NCBI GenBank assembly: GCA_002412825.1 | Contig: DHVU01000007.1 | Location: 3,066 to 67,065, forward strand | Source of the DNA: Spirochaetaceae bacterium UBA5200 | Lineage (GTDB): Bacteria; Spirochaetota; Spirochaetia; Treponematales; UBA12059 | Direction of reading: 5' to 3' | DNA length: 64,000 bases | Part shown: piece by piece, positions 55,901 to 63,384 of the stretch | Numbering within the stretch: position 1 is the first letter of the stretch | How the letters are laid out: the number at the start of each line of letters is the position of its first letter | The notes under the pieces: generated by a model | What the model saw: the letters and a program-made list of their open reading frames with translations, nothing else | Databases searched by the model: none | What the model was told of the DNA's origin: nothing | Translations under genes and position numbers: made by a program

Positions 55901-55919
55901 GGAACTCTTTGAGGAGTAA
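52917..55919 (+). CDS. membrane sensor: HAMP - degenerate HisKA/HATPase_c - degenerate REC - class III adenylate/guanylate cyclase
   Basis: The 1000-aa product starts 4 nt after the preceding stop. It has two TM segments flanking a roughly 230-aa extracytoplasmic region. A HAMP domain is followed by an H-box-like segment SAELRSPL (no His), a receiver-like domain (VILIAAKLP, no Asp) and a cyclase domain (ILVSDIRGFT, KYIGDTIMAIF, GVHTGR). Confidence 0.85.
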   Translation: MPSSRVSYKIFLTFIIIIALPVLGLSIVLSRIASGVDQARQEDRFAYAESYLQGSILDSMRFAESRLRQATQDARFSRIMPSFLSGQDVTQQVLSLMGEYGLEGFALSPGDGTLISFGYRRESFSGAGYDRQHKAPRQAGRIEKDGILLFAALPLSPALSAIGMRSIERSVLEVLKTSLGADFDIAHRSAPDILVLTTKRDPFGMNLSGSSISELKSKQLNAEPRVQRAITLPEPFSADYQAWISLPALSLAVSETGAYIAAFALATLALAAAASVILSRQIVRPLGSLLLGVQALSASLVTGEGFERLPINTQDELGELTEGFNRMGSELVAAHRELLRQNDELKEVDQLKNDFLSTTSAELRSPLNTIISLADSMLGSESLSEDDRNTVRYISTSGKKLYGMIGDVLDYTRLEHGDVALQPRVFELKPLADLVLRFCSGLKKKNVELFNLIEPELLVRADEGRIEQVLYNLIGYAVRRTGQGSVIVRSQREAEFVVISVSDWGGNEAGDQAEPGPEGLDLPIAKRLLELHGTALLIESNPGKGGLFSFSLPSVSYAENAAAKDLGGFIPEDEIDELVPLDDPAYAPNAADRRYRILVVDEDPVILRILMNGLRDRYDLSCASDGAEALRRIGANPQALDVILIAAKLPKISGYELCGMIRQEHSSMQLPIIMMTEQGRPADIEEAFACGANDVVTKPASIFELRARLKTHIELSKLNDAYARFVPRDFLGFLGKSSIIDTRLGEYIESDMTILVSDIRGFTLMSERLGPQAVFVRLNDYLSRMGPIIRAHNGFIDKYIGDTIMAIFPQKPLDAIRAAQAMCTEMDAFNAEASQKDEEAIVAGIGVHTGRLMLGTIGEAERMDGTVLSNVVNLAFKLESLTKPFGAQIIVSGAVMEAISSSMEGMTQRYLGLSKIKGKDTSIPIYELMLPGSEGATQKKRELRHRFEKAVFLYDSGAMDEAYRAFLDLSAELPEDPAWRVYVNRILGARGYDDAELFEE

Positions 55920-55923
55920 GCTC

Positions 55924-56214
55924 TTAAAGGATGAGGACCTTTTTTATCTCTTCGCGCTTTATGCCGAATAAGCGGGAGAAATCGTCTGCGGTGCTTAATT
56001 TCGTGCCCGCTTTCTGATTGTAGAGCTCGGCAAAAGCCGTAAGCTCCGCCGGGTCGCCGCCATAGAGCGCGGACGCGAACGCCGCCCTAAGCAGGCCTTC
56101 CCGTGCCAAGGCCATGGTATCGAAGCTGCCGTATTTGGCCTTCGCCTTGCCGTCCACAATGGCCTGCTCTCCCTCATAGCCTATCGTAAAAATAAAATCT
56201 TCTCTCGATATCAC
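55924..56214 (-). CDS. hypothetical protein (96 aa)
   Basis: The start is GTG 56214, with GGAGG 6 nt upstream. I recognised no family. Confidence 0.55.
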   Translation of the reverse strand: MISREDFIFTIGYEGEQAIVDGKAKAKYGSFDTMALAREGLLRAAFASALYGGDPAELTAFAELYNQKAGTKLSTADDFSRLFGIKREEIKKVLIL

Positions 56215-56227
56215 CGTTTGCCTCCAT

Positions 56228-56268
56228 CAAATAAAAGCCGAACCCCGCGCAAACAGGATCCGGCTTTA
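56228..56268 (-). terminator. candidate terminator after rubredoxin
   Basis: The minus strand reads AAAGCCGGA-(16-nt loop)-TTCGGCTTT followed by TATTT. The large loop makes it less certain. Confidence 0.45.
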
Positions 56269-56307
56269 TTCTACTCTCTTGCCTAGGCTCTAGGCAACGG
56301 CTCGCGC

Positions 56308-56469
56308 TTAGTCGGCGAGGCTGAAGCTGTCCTTGCCTGCGCCGCACATGGGGCATACCCAATCGTCGGGCAGGGCCTCGAACGAGGTTCCAGCCGCTAT
56401 CTTGGAGTCGGGGTCGCCTACCGCCGGATCATAAATGTAGCCACATACGTCACATACATACTTCTGCAT
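56308..56469 (-). CDS. rub: rubredoxin (53 aa; absent from the supplied ORF track because it is under 60 aa)
   Basis: My own translation of the minus strand gives [53 protein letters not shown]. It has the two rubredoxin knuckles CxxCG and CPxCG. AGGAG lies 6 nt upstream of ATG 56469. An in-frame ATG at 56475 abuts the SD and is less likely. Confidence 0.9.
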   Translation of the reverse strand: MQKYVCDVCGYIYDPAVGDPDSKIAAGTSFEALPDDWVCPMCGAGKDSFSLAD

Positions 56470-56497
56470 AGTCATCTCCTCTTGCGTTGCTTAGCGA

Positions 56498-56878
56498 TCA
56501 GGCCTCAGCCTTCCAAAGTCCATGTAAATTACAGTATTCCCGGGCATAAGCCTTGGCGGCTTTTACCTTAAATTCAGCTTCCGGCTTGTCGCCTGGCTTC
56601 AGATGCGCCCTATACACGATGCCGTCGGCTACGAGTTCTATCCATTCTATGTAGTGCTTTTCTTCCATAGGATGGGCTACCGCGCCCACTACCACGCGCC
56701 ACCCGTCGGCGGTTTTCTCAAGCATAGGTACGTGTTTTTCCTTAGCGCCGTCCGTGGTGTTTTCCTTGAAGAGCTTCATGGGCTCGCCACAGCATACCAG
56801 CTCGCCAGCGCCTGCGTGAAGCATTTCAACGATGTTGCCGCACACCTCGCACTTATATATCTGCATTAGTTCAGTCAT
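56498..56878 (-). CDS. dfx: desulfoferrodoxin (2Fe superoxide reductase)
   Basis: The 126-aa product has an N-terminal desulforedoxin motif ([11 protein letters not shown]...VCCGEPM). Centre II ligand motifs are present ([23 protein letters not shown]). The SD GGAGG overlaps the rbr stop. Confidence 0.92.
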   Translation of the reverse strand: MTELMQIYKCEVCGNIVEMLHAGAGELVCCGEPMKLFKENTTDGAKEKHVPMLEKTADGWRVVVGAVAHPMEEKHYIEWIELVADGIVYRAHLKPGDKPEAEFKVKAAKAYAREYCNLHGLWKAEA

Positions 56879-56887
56879 AGTAGCCTC

Positions 56888-57463
56888 CTACCAATTCTCG
56901 CCGAGCAACTCAAAATAGGATTGGGGGTGGGCGCAGGCGGGGCAGGCCTTGGGGGCCTCTACGCCTTCATAGAGGTAACCGCAGTTCAGGCAGCGCCAGG
57001 TAGCGGGCTTCTCGCGCTTGAACACCTTACCCTGCTGAATATTGGCCCTCAGTTCCTCGTAACGCTTAGCGTGCTGCTTTTCGGCTACCGCTATTGCCTC
57101 AAACACGGTGGCGATGGCGTCAAAGCCCTCTTGGCGGGCTATCTTGGCGAAGCCGGGATACATTTCCTTCCATTCGTAGTTCTCGCCGTTGGCCGCCTCA
57201 AGGAGGTTTTCCACCGTCGTGCCCACGGGGCCGGCGGGGAAGGTACCGGTAACGGTAATCTCGCCGCCCTCCATAAGCTTAAAGAGGCGCTTCGCATGCT
57301 CTTTTTCCTGGTTGGCCGTCTCGTCGAAGATCTGGGCTATCTGTATGTAACCTTCATCCTTTGCCTTACTGGTGAAGTAGCTGTATCGGTTACGGGCCTG
57401 GGATTCGCCGGCGAACGCCGCCATCAGGTTTTTTTCCGTCTGGGTTCCTTTTACGCTTTTCAT
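56888..57463 (-). CDS. rbr: rubrerythrin
   Basis: The 191-aa product has a ferritin-like diiron domain (ExxH motifs) and a C-terminal rubredoxin-like domain (WRCLNCGY...CPACAHP). Confidence 0.92.
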   Translation of the reverse strand: MKSVKGTQTEKNLMAAFAGESQARNRYSYFTSKAKDEGYIQIAQIFDETANQEKEHAKRLFKLMEGGEITVTGTFPAGPVGTTVENLLEAANGENYEWKEMYPGFAKIARQEGFDAIATVFEAIAVAEKQHAKRYEELRANIQQGKVFKREKPATWRCLNCGYLYEGVEAPKACPACAHPQSYFELLGENW

Positions 57464-57582
57464 GTCCGCTCCTTAAACGTGTAGTTCCAGCGCCTACAAA
57501 GACGCCGTGCCGATACTACTCCAAACCGTCGGACGCAACAAACCTAGGGCTTATGGGGAGATAGAATCAGGGGAACGTGTCC

Positions 57583-57611
57583 ATTATAGCCGGAGGAGGC
57601 TGTCAATGCAA
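57583..57611 (-). promoter_or_regulatory. candidate sigma70-type promoter of the rbr-dfx-rub operon (TTGCAT-17-TATAAT)
   Basis: The minus strand reads TTGCAT-TGACAGCCTCCTCCGGC-TATAAT. The element lies about 120 nt upstream of the rbr ATG. Confidence 0.5.
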
Positions 57612-57711
57612 ACCGAATCGATAATTTGACCTTGCCTATATATAAAAAACCGGAAAAACCACAAGCAAGCCTCCACTTCCGCGCGTTGAACGCTTAGAAG
57701 GGAGAATCAAT

Positions 57712-58404
57712 ATGAAAAACTGCCTTTATGAGCAGGCTTCCGCCAGCTATGGGGACAAACCGGATATACGGGAGCGTATCAAGGCGTCCGGCCTTGGGGT
57801 TATGGCCGATTATGAACTTGTAGCCGCGCTGCTCGGCTCAGGCATGAAGGGCAAGGATGTGCGTACCCTGTCAAAAGAGCTCCTCCAAGCCTTGGACTTG
57901 AGCGCCGGGGTACCCGAGCCTGAGTATTTCGCCGGGCTGCGCGGCATAGGGCAGGCGAGGGCCTGCCGCTTAAGCGCGGCGTTGGAGCTGGGCAGGCGCT
58001 TTTATGGCCACCGGGGGCAGCGTATATCCTGCCCGCAGGACGCCTGGCAGCTCGTCCGGCATTTCGACGACCGCAAACAGGAGCGCTTCCTCTGCTGTAT
58101 GCTTAACGGCGCCAACGACGTACTCGACGTGCGTCTTATCACCCTCGGCTTGGTGAATAGGACCATTATCCATCCGCGCGAGATTTTCGCTGAGGCGGTG
58201 GCCGCGCGCGCCTGCGCCGTCATCGTAGCCCATAATCACCCCTCGGGTCGCCTTGATCCCTCGCCCGAGGACAGGGACATAACCGAACGCCTGCGCGCCG
58301 CCGGAGAGCTACTAGGCATCAGCCTGCTCGACCACTTGATATTCTCTCAGGACGGCTTTGTAAGCCTGGTAGAGACCGGCGACCTACAATCCAGGGCGCA
58401 CTAG
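57712..58404 (+). CDS. radC: RadC-like JAB/MPN domain protein
   Basis: The 230-aa product has a JAMM-type motif (AHNHPSG...PSPED) and an N-terminal helix-hairpin-helix-like region. Confidence 0.85.
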   Translation: MKNCLYEQASASYGDKPDIRERIKASGLGVMADYELVAALLGSGMKGKDVRTLSKELLQALDLSAGVPEPEYFAGLRGIGQARACRLSAALELGRRFYGHRGQRISCPQDAWQLVRHFDDRKQERFLCCMLNGANDVLDVRLITLGLVNRTIIHPREIFAEAVAARACAVIVAHNHPSGRLDPSPEDRDITERLRAAGELLGISLLDHLIFSQDGFVSLVETGDLQSRAH

Positions 58405-58437
58405 GCCCGTGCGCATAGCCAGCTTCGCCTTAAAGGC

Positions 58438-61335
58438 TCAAGCCTTAAAGCGCAGGGTGTAACGCACCCCCTGCGTGCCGTCTAGCTCCATGCTCGCGTC
58501 GAGCTGTTGCGCCATCATCTCTATCAGTTGCATGCCGAAGCCGCCCGAACCCTGCCTGGCGGCGTCACTGGCCAAACCAGTACCGTTATCCGCATATATA
58601 AAGCAAACGATACCATCAGACTTGCTCGCCGATATGCGTATCATAGCGTCCGCCGAGCCGCCAAAAGCATACTTAATGGAGTTGGTAATAAGCTCGTTCA
58701 CGATTATGCCCAGCGTAGACAGTACCTTGGAGTTCAGAATAAAGTCATCGACATCCACCTGGGTACATACCGGCCGCACGCCTGCCGCCATGCCCACAAT
58801 TTCCTTTACGAGCGCGGGGAGGAAGGCCTGAATGCTAAGCTCATAGAAATTCTCCGACCTATACAGCCTATCGTACAGCATGAGCATGCTCTGGACGCGG
58901 CCAGCCGCATCGTTAAGTATGGCCTTGTTCCTTTCGTCAATCTGGGCGTTCGCCTGCAGGCTCAAGAGGCTATATATAAGGCCCATATTGTTTTTGATCC
59001 TATGATGGCTCTCCTTGAGCAGAAGCTCCTTGTCCTTAAGCAGCCCCCCTATCTCATGCTCGGCCCGCTTACGCTCGCTTACGTCGCGGCAGAAGCATAC
59101 GAAAGAACCCTCGCCCTCCTCGAGGAAGGACACGGACATTTCCACGTCGACTAGGCTGCCGTCCTTGCGGCGATGCCGGGTGCTAAAAGTCTCTGAGCCC
59201 ACGGCCTTTATTCTTTCGATCCTGCCTGCCGTATCCTCAGGCTTTTCATCGGCATCGACGCCATTGATATCCATGGCAAGCAGTTCGCCGCGGGTATAGC
59301 CTGACATGGCGCAAAAAGAATCGTTCACGTCCAAGAAAAGACCGCGTGAAGATAAAACAAAGAATCCATCCTGGGTCGTCTGCAATATGGATTGGAGGTA
59401 GTGGATGGTGCCGCGCAACTGGTCTTCACGCTCTTTGTCACCGCTTATGTCGCGGAATTCCACGGTTCGCGTCATCCTGCCCTTGTAGGGTATGTTCCGC
59501 GCCTCGAGGCGCAGGGGATATTCCTCGCCGTTTTTCCTGATGCCCGTCGCCTCATAGGGTAATTCATAGCCGGATGCTATGCGGCTTAACACTTGGTCCC
59601 GCGAACCCTCGGCTATCAGCAAGAGGCCGTTCATGCCGATGAGTTCCTCTACGGTATAGCCGGTCATTTCCGAAAGCCCCAGATTGCATTCCAGTATTAT
59701 GCCCTTATCATGGATCGCTATGCCGCCGAAGGAGGCATTGTGAAGGGCTTTGAATCGCGCTTCGCTCTCATACAGCGCCTGAGCCGTCTCGTACTCACCG
59801 CTTACGTCACGGAATACCAGCACCACCCCGATTATCGTTCCCTCAGCGTCTCGTATAGGAGCGGCTGAATCAGCTATCTGGTATTCGCCGCCATCTGCAG
59901 ACAGGAGAAGGGTGTGATTGGCTAAACCGACGACCTTTCCATCCTGAAGCACCCGTGCTACGGGATTATCGCACGACTCGCGGCTCAAGGCGTTGACTAT
60001 GGAGAAAACCTCGGCGAGGGGCCTGCCCTTCGCGCGCTCCTGAGTCCAGCCCGTAAGGCGCTCAGCCACGCCATTAAGCACTTCCACCCTGCCTGCCGTA
60101 TCCGTGGCGATCACCGCGTCTCCTATGCTCTGCAGGGTTATAGCTAAGCGCTCCTTCTCGGCGTGCAGAGCGAGCTCCGCCTTTTTCTGCTCGCTGACCT
60201 CAAGGAAGGCGACGACGAAGTGGTCGGGCTTATACTGGTACGCTGCGCAGTCATACCAGCGATTATTAGCCGCAAAGTGCTGCTGGAAGCGCAATTCCTT
60301 GCCGGTTTTGGCCACCTCGCCATAGGAAGCTATCCAATCGAAAGGATCCTTTTCTATGCCGGGAAAAGCCTCCGTTACGAGCATCCCCGTGGCGTCGATG
60401 CCGGTAAGCTCCTTGAAGCGTTCATTCGCGGCTAGTATGCGGTAATCGCTCGGACTACCGTCCCGGTCATAGATCATTTGATGATAGGCTATGCCCATAG
60501 GGCTTTTCTCAAAGAGCGCCTTGTAGGTAGCTTCGCTTTCCACCAAGGCCTCAGCCAAGCGCCTCTGCTCGCTTACGTCCCTCGCCACGCCGAACATCAT
60601 GCCTTCCTCAGGATAAGGGAAGGAATTCCAGGATAGCCACTTTATCTCGCCATTCTTGCACACATAGCGGTTCTCGAACTGATGCACGGGCCTGCCGTCT
60701 ACCAATACCGTTCGTATATGGCCGGTGCTGTCGCGATCGTCGGGGTGCACGAAGTCCAGCCAGGGCTTTGACTTTAACTCCTCCGCGCTCCAGCCGAGCG
60801 TGCGTTCCCAGGAGGGGTTCAAGACCTTAAAATAGCCGTCGAAGCCGGCTATGCAGAGCAAGTCGATAGAATGGATAAAAATCTTATCGCTGACGAGAAG
60901 CCGCTCTTCATACGCGCGCAGGGCCGTATCTTGCTTCTTCTCCTTCAGCCGGGCGTTGAAGAGCCTGAAGGCCATTTTTATTGAGGCTATAAGCACGGTC
61001 TCGCCGGAATTCTTAACTATATAACCGTACGAGCTAATGCCTTCGGTCTTTTCAACGACATCGCGCTCGGTATGTGACGACAGGAATATGAGGGGAAGCT
61101 CGCGATATTCCAGTATCCGCGTAGCCGCCTGCGTTCCGTCCATGCCCTTGCCCAGATTGATATCCATAAGCACGAGTTCTATATCAGGCTGAGCCTGAAC
61201 GCTCTCTACAGCCTTTTCGCCCGTACTGGTCCAGATAACCCGGTAGCCAAACTTTTCGAGTATCAGTTTCTCCGACAACGCGATAATTGCTTCATCCTCT
61301 ACTAAAAGGATCAGCTGGGAACTTTCCGTACTCAT
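58438..61335 (-). CDS. REC - multi-PAS - HisKA_2/HATPase_c sensor histidine kinase
   Basis: I chose ATG 61335 (MSTESSQLILLVEDE). The product has a receiver domain (LVLMDINLGKGMDG), several PAS modules, an H-box (ESHHRIKNNMG) and an N-box (VNELITNSIKYA). It is a paralogue of the 38760-41333 product. Confidence 0.9.
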   Translation of the reverse strand: MSTESSQLILLVEDEAIIALSEKLILEKFGYRVIWTSTGEKAVESVQAQPDIELVLMDINLGKGMDGTQAATRILEYRELPLIFLSSHTERDVVEKTEGISSYGYIVKNSGETVLIASIKMAFRLFNARLKEKKQDTALRAYEERLLVSDKIFIHSIDLLCIAGFDGYFKVLNPSWERTLGWSAEELKSKPWLDFVHPDDRDSTGHIRTVLVDGRPVHQFENRYVCKNGEIKWLSWNSFPYPEEGMMFGVARDVSEQRRLAEALVESEATYKALFEKSPMGIAYHQMIYDRDGSPSDYRILAANERFKELTGIDATGMLVTEAFPGIEKDPFDWIASYGEVAKTGKELRFQQHFAANNRWYDCAAYQYKPDHFVVAFLEVSEQKKAELALHAEKERLAITLQSIGDAVIATDTAGRVEVLNGVAERLTGWTQERAKGRPLAEVFSIVNALSRESCDNPVARVLQDGKVVGLANHTLLLSADGGEYQIADSAAPIRDAEGTIIGVVLVFRDVSGEYETAQALYESEARFKALHNASFGGIAIHDKGIILECNLGLSEMTGYTVEELIGMNGLLLIAEGSRDQVLSRIASGYELPYEATGIRKNGEEYPLRLEARNIPYKGRMTRTVEFRDISGDKEREDQLRGTIHYLQSILQTTQDGFFVLSSRGLFLDVNDSFCAMSGYTRGELLAMDINGVDADEKPEDTAGRIERIKAVGSETFSTRHRRKDGSLVDVEMSVSFLEEGEGSFVCFCRDVSERKRAEHEIGGLLKDKELLLKESHHRIKNNMGLIYSLLSLQANAQIDERNKAILNDAAGRVQSMLMLYDRLYRSENFYELSIQAFLPALVKEIVGMAAGVRPVCTQVDVDDFILNSKVLSTLGIIVNELITNSIKYAFGGSADAMIRISASKSDGIVCFIYADNGTGLASDAARQGSGGFGMQLIEMMAQQLDASMELDGTQGVRYTLRFKA

Positions 61336-61553
61336 AACGCTCAACACCCCTCGTCAAAAAGCTTGCCAATCAGATTATCAAGGCTAGAAGCGTATCATTG
61401 CGTCTTTTTACTTGAGAAAGCTCATGCGTTGTCGTGCGATTGGAAAATAATACGCGATAAATATTATTTATTATCTCTTATATGTCAACTTTAAAAACTA
61501 CCGAAGAAAGCAAGGTGATGCGTGTATACCTGTGGCAGGCGCGCAAACCAAGC

Positions 61554-63266
61554 CTACGTCCGGCGCTTCCGTGCCCGCGTTTCAATCTCCGCACTTAGGG
61601 CCCGAATGCTATCCTCGTCACGTACGCGATCGCTTATGTCCATATAGGCAATAGCTACGCCATAGCCCTCCAGCGGCACAGGCGTGGCGGATACGTTAAG
61701 CCAAACCACCGTACCGTTTTCCTTTACCAAGCCCATGCGCACATTCTCTACGAGGCGTTGCTCTCGTAACGCCCTAGTACTGGCGAACTCGTCGGGCGGC
61801 ATGGGGCTGCCATCGGCCTTTATGATAGTCCAATCATGGCTACCGATATTTCTGGTCTTGTGCTGCTCAGCTGTCAAACCTAGTATCTTTTGGGCTACTC
61901 GGTTACTCTCCACCACCATACCCTGGGTATCGGTTATCGTTATGCCCAACGGCAAAATCTCATACAGCGTACGGTACTTCGCCTCGCTAACGCGAAGCGC
62001 CGCCTCAACCTGCGCGCGCTTGGTAATGTCTATGCCAACGCCGGTAAAATAGGTCTTGCCTGCTACCTGTAGGCGCGCTCCAGTAGAATGGATAAGGAGC
62101 TTCCCGCCGCCCTTGATGAGCAAATGCGCGACGACCTCGCCGTATCCAGTCTCAAAAACTCTTTTTACCGCTTCGGCTACCCGTACGGCATCCTCCCCTT
62201 CGAACCACTGATCCATGGTCATATGAGAAAGCTCTTCCGCGGTGTAGCCAGTCATAGTTTCATGCTTCTTGTTCCAACGTATGAGGCGGCCTTCAAGGTC
62301 GTATACGTATAAATAGCCAGGGATACTCTCAAGAAGCGCTTCGGTAAACTGCTTTTCGTCCGACAATTCGTCCTCAACGCGCTTCTGTTCCGTAATGTCC
62401 CTGGCTGTACCCTCGAAGCCTATTACCCGGCCCCGCTCGTCTTGGAGCGGCACCGCGCTGGAATTGTGCCAGCGCCAGCTTCCGTCGCGATGCCGCACGC
62501 GATAGACGCTATTTTCCAAGCGGGCGCCGCGGTCAACCACTTTCTTAAGCCAAGCCAAGCAGCTGGATACGTCGTCGGGATGCACGAAAGGAATGAACGA
62601 TTTGCCTACGACCTCGTCTACGGAATGCCCGAGCATTTTCGTCCAAGTCGGCGATACGAACAAGAATATGCCTTCTATACTTAAGGTATAGATGAGGTCG
62701 TGGTTGTTTTCTACGAGGAAGCGGTATTTCTCCTCGCCAAGCGATAGAAGAGCCTTCGATTTTTCGAGTTCGGCATTAGTAGCGTTGAGCTCTTCTACCG
62801 TTTGCTGCAGGTCTTCATTGGATACTTGTAAGTCAGCATAGGCATGCTCTATGGCCAGCCCTTGGGCTTTGATGCTGAGCTGCGCATTAAAAAGCTTAAG
62901 CGCCATCTTTATAGAGGCCATAAGGATGGTTTCGCCCGAATTTTTGACGATATACCCAAAGGAGGTAATACCCTCGGTCTTATCCACGACTTCCCGTTCT
63001 GTATGGGAGGATAAGAAAACCAGGGGCAATTCGTGGTTTTTTAAAATAACGCAGGCCGCCTCAGTGCCATCCATACCGCTGCCAAGGTTTATATCCATAA
63101 GGATCAAACCGATATCCTGGCGCTGATTCACCGCCTCAATAGCCTTCTCACCGCTATGGGCGATGATTACGCTATAGCCGTTCCTCTCGAGCATTTGCTT
63201 CTCGGCCAAGGCGATAATCGCTTCATCCTCTACAAGGAGCACGGTTATAGGCTTGTTCCGCGGCAT
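61554..63266 (-). CDS. REC - triple-PAS protein lacking a kinase module (truncated paralogue?)
   Basis: I chose ATG 63266 (MPRNKPITVLLVEDE). The receiver domain is highly similar to that of the neighbouring gene. PAS modules are present. The ORF ends right after the last PAS linker (DISDRVRDED...), where the paralogues continue into HisKA_2. Confidence 0.85.
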   Translation of the reverse strand: MPRNKPITVLLVEDEAIIALAEKQMLERNGYSVIIAHSGEKAIEAVNQRQDIGLILMDINLGSGMDGTEAACVILKNHELPLVFLSSHTEREVVDKTEGITSFGYIVKNSGETILMASIKMALKLFNAQLSIKAQGLAIEHAYADLQVSNEDLQQTVEELNATNAELEKSKALLSLGEEKYRFLVENNHDLIYTLSIEGIFLFVSPTWTKMLGHSVDEVVGKSFIPFVHPDDVSSCLAWLKKVVDRGARLENSVYRVRHRDGSWRWHNSSAVPLQDERGRVIGFEGTARDITEQKRVEDELSDEKQFTEALLESIPGYLYVYDLEGRLIRWNKKHETMTGYTAEELSHMTMDQWFEGEDAVRVAEAVKRVFETGYGEVVAHLLIKGGGKLLIHSTGARLQVAGKTYFTGVGIDITKRAQVEAALRVSEAKYRTLYEILPLGITITDTQGMVVESNRVAQKILGLTAEQHKTRNIGSHDWTIIKADGSPMPPDEFASTRALREQRLVENVRMGLVKENGTVVWLNVSATPVPLEGYGVAIAYMDISDRVRDEDSIRALSAEIETRARKRRT

Positions 63267-63384
63267 GTCATTCACGTTCAAAATATAGGTCAGCACTAAC
63301 GTTTTTACAAGCTAAGCGGATATAAAAGCGGCCGCCAGCGCTCGTTCGCGCCAGCGGCCGCCCCTATGTTGAGAGTCGTCTAGT

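Noticed and set aside
57464-57711. PerR/Fur-type operator upstream of rbr
   Set aside because: The AT-rich segment AATCGATAATTTGA near the candidate -35 only vaguely recalls Fur-family boxes. There is no clear 7-1-7 inverted repeat, so I make no call.
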